NCBI GenBank assembly: GCA_013239625.1
Contig: MU053810.1
Span: 3,297,518-3,361,517 of the forward strand
Reading direction: 5' to 3'
From: Lama guanicoe
Lineage: Eukaryota
DNA length: 64,000 nt
Position numbers and translations under genes: made by a program. The first letter of the stretch is position 1. The number at the start of each line of letters is the position of its first letter. Shown piece by piece: positions 11,701 through 26,500 of the stretch. The notes under the pieces were generated by a model. The model made no database searches. It was not told where the DNA came from and worked only from the letters and a program-made list of their open reading frames with translations.

Positions 11701-14700
11701 GTGATTTTTTTTTTTTTTGTAGACTACATTAAAAAAAAAAGTAGTTCCATGATTTACATGATCCATTTTGCAGCACTGCCAGATGACTCAGTGGTAATTT
11801 GATTACACAGTATTATTTATCAAAAATAATTGAAGTTGATCATTTGAAGTTAATTAGGGGTGAACTTCCTCAACTCTAACAGGTCAAGCTCAGCTCAAGG
11901 GGCATGGAGCATGCTTCTGCCGTTTTCTATCGCTGAACTCAGACACTTAAATAGAACAATGTAACAAGTAAGCTTATATAACCTCTACGTTTCTCATTAA
12001 AAATAATAATGTACATTTATTTTAACAGAAACAGGCATAGGCATCTCTGCTTTTATGTTTTTAGCTGGAAAAACATTTTAAAGCTAAGAACAGAAACGAG
12101 ATTTGATTCAAGTCAACAGGAGAGATCTGAAAGGATAGGTTATTGCTGTTAACTCAGACTTAGCCTTCACTTCCCTCTCCCTGTACTTTCCCAAAAGGGA
12201 AAAGAAAAATTTTCTGTAATCTTACTAGGTAGTCTGCCAGACAGCCTCTGGGGACTACACAGGGCCGTTCTCCCCTAATTAGAAAGGCTTTCTGAAGTGG
12301 AAAGACTGTGCACATCAGTTATTTTTCCTAATTTAATATAATCTCTGGCTATACACCTTAAATATGTACATTTTAGCAAGCACGCTCCTCCACCCCCAAC
12401 ACACACACACACACACACTGAATCTTTTAATACTCATTCACGGAGATTTTCTATTTTTGTTTTGTTTTACAAATCTGCTCCTAGGGAGTTACTAGGGCCC
12501 AGGAACACACCCGTGAACTGGGGTGGAGAGAAGTGGTCTGATCAGAAGGTGTTACTCTCCCCTGCCAAGTTCCCCCTGCCAAGTTCCCCCTCCCTCCCCA
12601 CCTCCACCGCGCACAAAGCCCCTGTATTGTAAAGGTTCACCCTGCATTATTCCCAGTTCTCCAGGGTCCCCAAGAGCAACACTACAGCTGGGCTGTAGCC
12701 AGAGCTGGCCCCATAAGTGAATCACAACCCCTCACTTGTTCTGTTTTAACATAGGAGAATATTTCTGTGGCCATCTTGAAAGGGTGTTTTTTTTTTTTTT
12801 AAACTGCAAATAGGCAGAGAACAAATCTAAGAAGAAGTCAGGGAAAGAAAACATTTCTAGAGCAATGTCTGTCCTCTGTGGGTGTCAGGCAATCACTGGC
12901 CGTTGTCTTCGTGGCCACGTTAGTGTTTGCCCAGCCGCTCTTCCTTCCCCGACACGTGGCCTGGAGCAGGGGCCTCTTGTTTCTCTTGGAGACCATCAGC
13001 TTTCACCAAAGTTCTGCTGCCAGCTCTTCAAACATCTGAAGGTGTTGCTGAGGCAAAGTTAAAAAAAAAATACACGTAAGTTGGTACAGGTTATATTTTA
13101 CTTCCAACGGATGCTACAATATTGTTCAAAGCACAGTCGCTTCGGAAAACAGGATATCCTTGAACCGTGAAGTTAATTTGACCCACGTGGGGTCCAGAGC
13201 ACCAAGGAATCACACGGAGACAGGTTTACTGCCAACATTCATGTTCTCCATCCTGCTCTCATATTCTGATACGCTGCACTCTGTAATCCTTTGGCCTTCC
13301 TTTGCCAATTTTGATGTCTTTACAGATACTGTTCTTCCTAAAATGTGCCAACAAGCTGACTGCATACTTGGGGCTTGAAATACCTCTTTACAAATTTCAA
13401 CACTCACCTATCAAACTTGCAAAGCCCCTTCTTTGAGCAAGAAGAGTTGGAAACCATGTCCTCAGCTGGGTGGTTTACCTTCCTTTTCAAGAACACCAGT
13501 ATATTTTAAACCAATGTATTGTTTATATTTTTAAAAAATTCCCCTGAACTCATTCCTACATGGAGGGAGGTGGGGCACTTACTGTAAAGACCCAGGAAAA
13601 CCCTATGGGAGGAAAAGGGAGTTTGAACTGGGCAGCCAAATATTTGTCATGTCAAAGTATTTGTTGCATTCTCTTGACTACATTCTAGCTCCCCACATTT
13701 ACGGAAGGCCTCGTCTGCCATGCTTGGCAATTTGGGTAGACGACCAGGACTGTTCACACATCTGCCATGAGATCAAGCAGATAAACACATTTTCTGTTCT
13801 ATTTCTTCAAAACAATTGAGCTCAAATGTCACTGGAATATAAAACAAATGCCACATTGATTTAATTGTTAGCAGCTTTTAAGTGGAATGGAAGGACCCTT
13901 GTTGCATGAATCTGGTCATTCTTTCAGTAGGCATTCACCGTCACATGCTGGTCGCCTGGCCCCACTGGAAGACACGCCTTTCTGTCCCTCCGAACTTGCT
14001 GAACTGGAGGAAGCAGACCTTGCCTTCGTGGAGCTCTGTGCCTCGGCCCCGACACACCCGAGTTAGTTAATGTTCTGAACAATCTGTCCAGGCAGGTGTT
14101 ATGACCCTTTTGCTAAGCTTCTCTCTCTCAAGCTGATGGGGGCCCCACTTGGCCTGACTCCAAGTTTGGGCCTGGAATCACTTTAGGTCCCAGACAAGTT
14201 CTCCTTCCAAAGCATACTGAGAATGGAATAAAGATAAGATGGTTGAAGCTGAGGAAATCATGGAAAGTGTGAACTGAAGTCACTCTGTGGCCTTTCCAGC
14301 CCTTTTGATTTTGGCTGCGGATTTATTTTTAGATCATATTATTCCACCCTGTTGTTGCCAGTTTATTTACTAAGCCGTCAATCTTTGCTTTAAAATTGTA
14401 GTAAAGGCATTGTTCTAGGCCTCTGGTCATCAGCCCCCACTGGCCTCTGTTCACAGCCTGCAGCTGCCCAGGGGTTAGGGAAATCTAGCCCACCTCCTCC
14501 AAGGAGCCCTCCTGGATCACCCAGCACAACCACCTGCACCTTTCACCACATGCTCCCCCTTCACTACCTGGGCAGGGCCTCTCTCCTCCACTGTTTTTGT
14601 AGTCTCTCTGGTGCCTTGCACGTGGTATGTTCCTAATAAATATTTGCTAACTGTAGGAACACCACTTACTGCTTTTGAGCAATCACAGAGGTGAAAAGGG

Positions 14701-17444
14701 CTGAATAGTTTCACGGTGTATCAAGTTCTCTGAGACTAGCAAGACCTCTGAAGGTGGAAAGGCTTTACCAAAAATCACTGGCAGTTTGTTAATCCCCCAA
14801 AGGGGCCGGCCTGATAGAAACGAAATCCACGGTTCATAAAGAGCAAATAAATGTTTTATATGGAAAATAAATTAGCAAATTCACTGTCAAATTCCAAATG
14901 GCCAGGAAGCACGGAAAGTCGCACTTCAACTTCCTTAAAAAAAAAACCTGTCACCAGCAGCCAGATGACGGAGCCTGTCAGAGAAACCATGTGTCACTTT
15001 GGAAAGAGATTGCGTTCTGATACACAGCATCCTTTCCTGGGACCATCCCTGAAGAGTGACATCTCAGAAAACCATTTGTCATCTGACTGTACAAAAGTTT
15101 CCCTTTAATTCTGAGGGTATTTTGAAGCCATGTAATTCCCACCTATGAAAATGGGAGTCTTTTATGAGAAGTAAAATATATTTAAAAAATCGACTCTGAT
15201 TACATCATTTCATGTACTCTGGGGTTTTGCTCATGGCAGACATCTGAGTCAGACAGGGCAGACGCAGCTCATTTCTTTGTCATAAAGATTTCCCAAATCT
15301 GGCCGTAACTACTAAGCATATCACTGTTTAATCAACCTAATGGGGAAGTAAGAATTGCTACACTTAAAAATATGTCAAAATATTCCAAGAGGCTGATAGA
15401 GCTGTGGTGAAATAAAGAGAACAGTATGCTGGGCGGGAGGAAATGCTGGGTGGAATAAATGAAACTTGCTCACACCCCATCTGTTCAACAACAGACATTT
15501 ATTGGGCACCTGCTGTTTGCCAGGTGCTGCGGTAGGTGCAAGAGAAGCCATACGAAGCTGACGGAGCTGCTGTGCGGGAGCGACCATGGTGAGCCAGGAG
15601 CGTCCTGCATCCTGAAAAGCGCTGTATTGGGCTTAAGCGCCCGATGGTCCTTGAAGACAGTTCTGGGAATTCACTTTTGGAAAATCAACTTCCTCAAGTC
15701 CCCCTTTCATGACATCTCACACTTAAAAGTCACAGGCAAGTGGAATGTGGATCCTTTGAGTGCTGAAGAAACTGCAGCTGGTGTCTCTGAGCAGCCCTAT
15801 GGAAGATAAATTAGCAAATTCAAAAATTCTCAGAGTATGTGTGACTCTATTGTGATTTCATAGTAAGAATTTATGACAGATTATTTTTTAGCTGTTTTTT
15901 CCCATGTGTGAACCTTGGGTGATTCTAATCATGTAAACTAATTCTCCTCACGTATTATTTTCAAGAAAAGGATGGGTGGTGTTGGTGATGAGTCTTTATA
16001 TTCATTCTGTACTTTGTTTTTTCAAGGAAATCAGTGTCTTTTATCTTGTCACGATGAATCCCACGTGGGACCAACGATGGTGCACTCAGTTCAGGATTCT
16101 GAACCTCCAAGAATGTCTGTGGGGTGAGGCTACTGTGCTTCATCTTTTAACATTAAATGCCTTTGGTTCTGGGGGCGGTTATAAACCTTATTTCCCCCTC
16201 TCCCCAGAGCCTTTTGTGAATGTGAAATGTGTGCTGCACGGAGAAACCTGTTTAATTCTAGACATAGGAGAAGAAGAACAAGAACCTTGAAGTAACTATA
16301 TTCAGGGTATCAAGTACTTTGTAATAGGGACAGAGGACATCTTGCTGGCGGTGGGATATCAGATGCTTTGGATCACGCACTATGTCGAATAAACTGGTAT
16401 CTGCTAAAACCAACCAACCAACAAAACCAGCCCTACATGTTGTATTTTTTTCTCAAATGAAACCTCAGCTTATCAGGGCTCATGGGTGAAAAATTAAGTG
16501 GGACATGTGTCCAACTTAAAACCTTACCAATGCAAAAGAAAGCATGGCTTGATAATAAGAATATAGATACTAGAGGCAGGCAGATCTAGGCTCAAATCCT
16601 GGCCTCAGCTGTGTGACAAAGGGTGGATTCTCAGCAAGGCTCGTAGAAATTGGTAGCGAATACCACAGATGATTATAATGTCAGTAGGGAAAGCACTTAA
16701 TTCATAAGGGCAACTGCCCCCAAAAGGAAGAGACTCAAACTGCTCTGATGGTGCATCTGGGGGCTCTCAGGGAAGCCGCAGCCCCGGGAGTGACTTGGAA
16801 GAAAGGATTTATTATAGGGATTAGTCGATTGCGGGCTCCTGCCGCCTGAGCCTGCAGCGATGGGATGTCCCATCAGGTACACAGGGCGGGCAGTTGGGAG
16901 GAAAATCTGAATGCAAATGGAGGAGACTGAGGATCAACTGGAACCCACAGGGACAAACTGGAATCTGAATTTTCTCTCCCTACCAGTAACCTTGAGTCCC
17001 AGGAAGCCTGCAGAGGAGTCGGTGTCCTTTGCCTTGGAACCGTGTGCACCCCTAGCCAAGGCCTCAAAGGAGGTCAGGCAGGTAGGTGGTCTGGTGGGAA
17101 ATGAAGGAGCTGCTGGCCAGGTGCTGCTCCGGTCTGACAAGGGGGCCTGCAGGTCACGGACAGGCACTGCTGTCCTCCTACCCTGACCTTCAGAGTCCGC
17201 TTCCGCTGTCCAAACTCTGTGTGTGTGTCTTGTGGCCAGATCTCACCCGCTACCTCGCTGGGAAAAGGGTTCAGGGGAACCGTTTCAGCTCAACTCAGTT
17301 GATGCAAAACTAACCTCCTCAGATGGGAAACACACATCGCTGTGCAGCTGCAGGACAGGCTTCTCGGCCTTTGTCTAGTTTCCTATCCCTCCTCATTCTC
17401 CCCTTCCCTGCTCTGACCCTTTACGCTTTCACAGACCTCTGTGG

Positions 17445-17660
17445 AGGACTTACTTGATTCCAGGCACTATATTTGATTCAGGGGATAAGATGGTGAGAGA
17501 AAACAGCCATGGTGACTACCCTCGTGACTTACCATCGAAACAGTGAGAGACATTAACTAAATAAACACACACAGAAATGTAAAATTTCAACTGCGGTTAA
17601 TGCCACGGAAGAGAGGGTACAGGGTCTCTCAAGAAGGCACAAAAGGAGGATTTCACCTAA
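17445..17660 (-). mobile_element. L2 fragment
   Basis: ccaggcactatatttgattcaggggataagatggtgag... resembles the reverse-complemented L2 3' region. Confidence 0.6.
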
Positions 17661-17738
17661 CCTAACAAAAACACCTGAAAACTCCGTGATTAAAGTATCA
17701 CTTCTCAAAAACCTCCAGATTTATCAAGAAGCACTGAC

Positions 17739-17880
17739 GGGGGTGTGTAAAGCTCAGTGGTAGAGTGTGTGCTTAGCATGCATGAGGTCCTGGGTTCAAT
17801 CCCCAGTGCCTCCATTAAAAAAATAAAAAGAAATTAAATTGAAAAAAAAAAGAAATTTAAAAAAAGAAATAAAAAAAAAA
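17739..17880 (+). mobile_element. Camelid tRNA-derived SINE (vic-1 type)
   Basis: A box (agctcagtgg), B box (gggttcaatccc), long A tail, TSD AAGAAGCACTGA at 17726-17737 and 17881-17892. Confidence 0.9.
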
Positions 17881-18399
17881 AAGAAGCACTGATAATGCTA
17901 TTGATTCTCGTCAGCTCCTAAGGTCAGTCTCAGACCATCATCACTGATACATAGACATCACAGTGGACCAGAATGAGGGATGCTGAAGATTGTATCAAGA
18001 TCCAGACAGATTTCTCAGAGTTGTGTTATTTGACAAGTTAACTTTTTATGAAATTCCAGTTCATGTACCCACAGAAATCTGAGTCACAGAGAAAGGGACT
18101 GGAATGGAAAGTTCACATGGCACTCACCACCCCCACCATGTTGCTTACCACAGGGGCCAGGAGGACATCCCGTTGATTTAATCATTTGGCAACTGTAAGA
18201 CCCGGTACGATTCAGATTACAGTACAAAAGCAGCACCTCAGGACAATTGAAATATGCTCCAACTTTTGGCAAATGATGAGTGACTTTTGCAGGGTGGCAT
18301 ACAAGGACTGCCATAATGCATGTCAGGAACTTGTTTTTCTGGTTCTCTGTCTGCAGCACCAGGCGTGGTCCCTGCCACATGGTAGGTGCTCAGTAAGGG

Positions 18400-18737
18400 T
18401 CCTGCTCAGCTAGAGCTGCTGTACCCTGTACCATAGACAAGGTGGCTTATAAACAGGAATTAATTTCTCACAGTTCTGGAGGCTGCAAGTCCAAGATCAA
18501 GGCACCAGCAGATGCAGTGTCTGGTGAGAGACCACCTCCAGCTTCTCACTGTAACCTAACATGGAGGAAAGGGTGAAGGAGCTCTCTGGGGTCTCTTCGA
18601 TAAGGCCACTAATCCCATTCATCAGGGCTCCACCCTCATGACCTAATCACCTCCCAAAGGCCCCACCTCCTAATGCCATCACACTGGGGTTTAAGTTTCA
18701 ATGTAGGAATTTTGAGAAGATAGTCAGCCTACAGCAG
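18400..18737 (-). mobile_element. MLT1A-type MaLR solo LTR inserted into an L2 3' end
   Basis: ttctcacagttctggaggctgcaagtccaagatcaaggc...atgacctaatcacctcccaaaggccccacctc; L2 tail halves on both sides. Confidence 0.85.
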
Positions 18738-21634
18738 TATTAGTTGAATGAATGAACCCAACCAAATGATTGGTTGGATGTCAGAATCTGCCTGGCATGT
18801 CAAGTCGCTGAGCTGTTGCAAACATTTCACCTTCTTCCAACAGCAGGAAGGGTAGAAAAGCTTTCACACTTGAGTCAAGATTTGCCCAGATCAAGATCTT
18901 CCTGTCTCTGGGAGCTGCCATTGCCATGATTACTAATTTGGCTTTGACTTTCAGCTCTGTGGTGACCTTTGGGTTCTCCAGACCTGGGTGGGGAGAGTTG
19001 CACAGTGTTGACTCACCCCTCAGCCACCACCTCTTGACTCTTGTAAGCCCCCCAAACCCAGCTTGTCCCTTCGGTTTGCCTTGCACTCAGTTTGCAGATC
19101 CTGTTTCTTGGATCTTTGTTCTATCTCTGATCTTACCCCTGTGGCCCCTTCCCCACGGGATGACAGTTGTCACAGCTCCAGCACAGGATGGCCAGCGTGC
19201 CAGCTGAGGCCAGCAGGCTGAAACAGCACCTGGGTGAGTTGCCCAACATCCACAAGGTGGCCGCCAGCATGGCAGGTGCTGCCAAGTGGTGCGATCACAG
19301 ATGTCCCAGGAATGACTTTCTAGAACTACACTGACTAGATGCAGGGTGAAGGGGCTAGGCCTGAGTCTTAAAATTCTTTTGAAATTTGAAGCTAGTTTAA
19401 ACTTTTTGGTAATATGTTTGCTGAAAAAAAAGAGAACTTTTCTAATTGTAAAAGTAAAACATGCTTATGATAGATAATTTGGGAAACATAAAATGCTATA
19501 AAGAAGGACATTATCCATGACCTACTCTCTGGAGATAATCACTGTTAACACTTAGACCCTGTTTGGATGCCACACGTGAGGAGCCTTGCCTCCTGGTGTG
19601 AGTCATATAAAGCACAGGGACCACTTCTTTCGTCATCGAGGGCACTGGCCACCTCGTCTGGTGCATACAGCCCCACAGTGGGGGGGATGGTCCCTGCCGC
19701 TGTCAGAGCGACTTCCTAAAGCACAGATTTAATCTTGTCACTCCTCTGCTTAGGTCCCCCAATTCTTGACAGGAGGACCAGGGCCAAATGCTATTCAGCG
19801 GCTCGCAGCTGCCTTGGTAGAAGTGGGGCGAGGGGTCATTCTGACTGAGAGAACCACTGGCACCCCCTGCATCATTGCATCTTTGATTCATCCTCACAGG
19901 ACACAGGCGTCCTTTTCCAACATGCCATATTCTCCGGGAATAACCACTGTCACTTCTCACAGTAGGAAACCCCGACCTGAAAGTCCCGTGTGCGGAAGAT
20001 TCTGTGATGACAGCCCTGCCACCCCCGTAGGGCACTGTGGGCTTTACTGCTTGTTTGGATGCCTGATAACCGTGCGCAGCTGGCACGAGTCAGGGACGCA
20101 GGGCTGGCAGCCACAGCAGCCCCGAGCGATTCAGTACCGTATTCCCTTGTTTTGATGGTCGTCACCATTGCCTTTTGTTTAAAAACTGTTAAAACAAATA
20201 TAAAACACTACAAATTCAAGTCAACTCAAGAGGATTCCTAGTCCAAGCAGGGATTTGAGTCCCTGCACTGAACACTGTGTCCGGAGGGGCCCCATCTGGT
20301 CCTCCCCATGGGGATTTATCGTCCCAAGGGAGGCAGGGCAGCCTCAGACCTGGACCCGTGTTTCCAGGCAAGTCTGTCCTCTCTTGCGATGTCATTAGCT
20401 CAGCTGAGTCCTTTCTCTTCTGGCCACACTCAGAATGGAAAACAGCTGGCCAACCTCCCTCCTCCTTGAAGGTGGTTCCTGACTTTTGCCCTCTGTCGTT
20501 CGTAGCCCTTCCTCTCTTCCCGGGCATCTGAGGCACCGCATCAGCATGAAAACTCATTACCTGCCCTCCCGGTTCTGCTGCCTCAGCTTCTTCTTGGAAG
20601 CAGGTGGCGTCTCCATGATGAATATATTAAAAAATAAAAAGAAAGAGAGAGAGAGAAAACAGTCCTGGTTTGTTGTTAGACCAGCTTCTTATTAGAGACA
20701 GTCCTCATGCGTGGTGAGTATAATATAAATTATAAGAAGGAAATTTTTAGGCAGAAAATAACTTGTTTCCTGAGATGGTCAGAGGCAGAGATTGAAAAAG
20801 TACATTGCAGGGTAAATTAACTAGGCAGCTGAGGGAGAGATGCATATTGCTGAGTTACGCAGGTGCAGAGGTGTTTCTTCTTCCTGGGTGGAAGAAGTCC
20901 TGGAGGGTGGAGGCAGGGGTTCCCAGAGCAGCACTGATGACTGGTCCACCCGCCGGGGGCCGCGGCAGCAGGCTGCTCAGGGAGGGGGTGCCCGCGGAGC
21001 AGTGACAACTAGCAACTCAGGAAGAAGCCAGCAGCAATTAGTGGTGTCGGAGAGATCGTGACAAGATGAGGGCCTGGCAGGGATGCCTGAGGGGAGGGGT
21101 ATGGGGTGAAGAAAGAGCATTTCCAAATGTGGTCTCCAAATTAAAACATTAATTTCAATGACTTTTGATTAATTACTATCACTTCCCTTGGGCCCTGTCC
21201 AAGTTTGGACAGAATGAGGCTAGAATAAGAGTGAAAGGGGGAGAGAGGAGGGAGAGGGAGGGCAGGAATAAAAGGACTCAGGCATCTGCAAAGTAAAGGA
21301 AAAATTACTTGGTGAAATTAGACCAGGCCTGCAATGTCTTTGACTGCTGGGAAATGCCAGTTCGTACCAGGTCGTTTAGGTTGTTAAACCAACTGTCATT
21401 GGATAGGAAAGAAAGAGCTGTTGAAATTTTGGCAGCTTGATAGACTTTTTTAAAACCTCTTTTGCAAGGTTGATTTTAACATAAATCTTGAGCAAGCAGA
21501 ACATGTAAAACACCACTCAGGCCATTACAGTTATGTTAAGGTTTTATTTTCTCCCGCCAGCAGGATCTTTCTCTCCGCTGTTACACGTGTCTGCCAAAAC
21601 CATATAAAAATCATTCACGGAGAAAAGTTTCCAG

Positions 21635-23583
<1,949 letters not shown>

Positions 23584-26500
23584 AAAAGTTTCCAGTGCCA
23601 GTAGCCAGTCCAGTCCTCTCCCGCATCTGAAGTTTAACACTGGCCTGGAGACTGGGAAGAAATAGACATTAGGACGGACGCTGCATGAGGACAGCTTGAA
23701 GGGAAGATGAAAGCAGTCAGCGTCCAGTGGTCCAGCCTCGGGGGAAGGATGCCGGCCCTTCAATTCATCACCACAAAAGCTGAAAAGAGACAGAAGTTTG
23801 TGGTGCTTCTCAGTGATGTTTATCTTCTTATCTGGCAGGAGTTGCTTTCTGCCAACAAGGAACAGCTGCTTAAAAAACCCAACCCAACTCAACGTTGCAA
23901 TTTGCAATAATCAATACGTTCATTGGCACTTGCCTCACACGTTTCCACCAACACAAGTAATCCTGTTTCCCCTTCACCTCCTAAAATTAGGATTTATAGA
24001 GAGGGTCATGGGGGGAAAATGCTTGTCTATAGTAAATGATGACGTTTGAAACACACAGACACTTCGTGTGGCATTTAGAGTAACACAAACTTGCCCTGAG
24101 CTGACAGTCATATTTTTATACTGTGACACGGACCATGTATTCAGGACCATCGAGACAGATAAGAATTCTGAATTCGCCTGAGATGACACTGGGAGAGGAG
24201 GCCTTTGTTTAGCTAGTGGAGTGTTCGCAGGACAATGGACTACCAGTGATGTATGCAAATGTGTCCTTTTCCCATTACTGAAAGTGACCTTTATGCTTGG
24301 ATTGGAATAGCAACATCAAGTCCTGGGTTAATAGGACTTATTAGTCTAAAGGGAGGGGGGCATGTTCTCCTGGCGAAATTTAAAAACTTGGAGTTGGACC
24401 CGTCACATTTCTGATCTTCACCATAGCCCCAGGATTCTTGCGTGACTAGAGAAACCCTTCACTTCCTGTGCCTTGTTTGTTCTTTGGAAATCAGGGCAAG
24501 ACACCTTTCCTAAGAGTGTTAGGAAACTTTAATAAGTTTCACATAAAAAATCAGAAGACGTGGCTTAAATATTGTGACATATCCGATCCCCCTACAGGAC
24601 TCTTTACAGATTATTCCTAAGCCTCAGTGCCCTGAGCTGATTCAGGCCAGAGTCCGAGATATGCATGTCCATAAAAATCATTATGAAACAGACTCAAGAG
24701 CTATTGATTATTGGCCAAATAGTCTGGATGCAGCTAAATACAAAAAAAAAAAAAAAGCAGGAAGGTGATTTTCGTAGAGGTGGGTATCAAGCAAACCCCT
24801 CCCTCCAGCCGCCCTGCAAATGGGCTCGTCTCTCACTTTGGGGGCAGTGGATTTAGGTGTAATTTTATGGTTCTCTCCATCTCATCGTGGTTATTTATTT
24901 GCCCTAGGATAACACTTGACATTTTTTAAATGTCTTAAAATAACTTGACCAGTTTCTCCAAGTCAACGTGTACTAAGAATCAAGGAGAGAAAGACAGATG
25001 AACTCGAAGATGCAGAGCAGAGCCAGTGCGTGCTGACAAGTGCCTGAAGCCACTAGCAAAGAAAGCAGAGATGAATGTGGATACATTTTCCAGTGATTTA
25101 AAAAAAAATTAAAAGTAGTGTTAATTATTTAAAGGAAGAAAAGTATCAGCTACTGTTAGAAAGAAGAGACGCTGGACATTCTTAGTTAAGAAAAAAATAG
25201 TAAAGAGAAGATTTGCAGCTGCCTGAACATCTATACAGTTTACACTTACTATTTGCAAGTAAGGAGCCATGTTAAAGCTCTGCTAAAGTGTATCCGTCAA
25301 AAGAAGTTGCCATCACCTTGTTAAAATATTGTTCCATGTGAAACAGACATTTGGCTGGGTTTCCCGTCCATAGGGCTAAAATGGTTAACTACTTAATTGC
25401 TTAGAAAGTAATCCTATTATTTTATTATTTCAGATTTCATGCATAATGAATTCTTTTTCCTAATTTGAGGACTTATGAAGGGAAAGTGAGATTCTCTGGT
25501 AAATTTATTTTTGAAAAAGCACTTGACAGATGTTGTAACATCTAAGCAGCCTTGGTCTCAGGAAGAGGCTCCTCGCAGGTTGACCATCGGGTACCAGAGG
25601 GTGAGTATGTGAGACCCACATGACAGTCAAATGAGGTGATGTCTGCCTTTGGTTCCGAGCATGAAATCACCTTAAAAACATGACTTTTGAGAAGCAGGGC
25701 ATAAATGAATACTTTGTTTCATCAAAGCCTCTAACATTTCTCATAGGAAGTTGTGCATTGGAGGAAATGGCTCAGTCCTGAGCATTTAATAGTCAATTTG
25801 CGCACCTATGAGAAGTTTAGGGGAAACAGGGAATGCCTTTGTTTCACAATTTCTGCCACAAATGACTGGACAAGAAGGTGATTAGAAACAGAGGAGGGGG
25901 AGAAATGGACAGATAGGTCAAGCAGAGGTGTTGGCTGAAGAGAGGAATTGCAAAACCTCAGAGCATCCAGTAGTAACACAGATGTGGACAGGGATTTGTT
26001 ATCTGCATGCATGGGGTGGATGGAGTGAAAGGTTTTGTGATTATAAATAAAGGACAGTCAGTGCTTTCCCTTGCAGACTGCTCCCTCCCCAACCCCGCCA
26101 CCTTGGATCATTGGGAAATGGCGATTTCTGATTAAGTTGATTAACATCCCCTAAATGAACCACTTAATTTCAAAAAAGTGTTCAAAGTCTGTAATAGCAT
26201 TCAGACCACACAGACCAAGCCAGCCATGATTGATGTGACTCTTCGGTGAGCTGTAAAGCCCTGTAGGATAGGGCAGTGCCGGGCGTCATTTACCATCACC
26301 CAGTTCTGCAAAAGCATCCTGCGAACTCTTGTTGTCAGATAACTTTGGTAGATAGGAATTTCTTTGACTTCCGTTTTTATTCTTGTTTTTAGATTATGAA
26401 ACACGCTATTATCCAGTTTGTGCTTGAAGTTTTAGCAGGAGAATTTTGCAGGAGGGGCCACCACAGCATTGATCTTGGTTGATGTGTTTGACCTTTGCCA

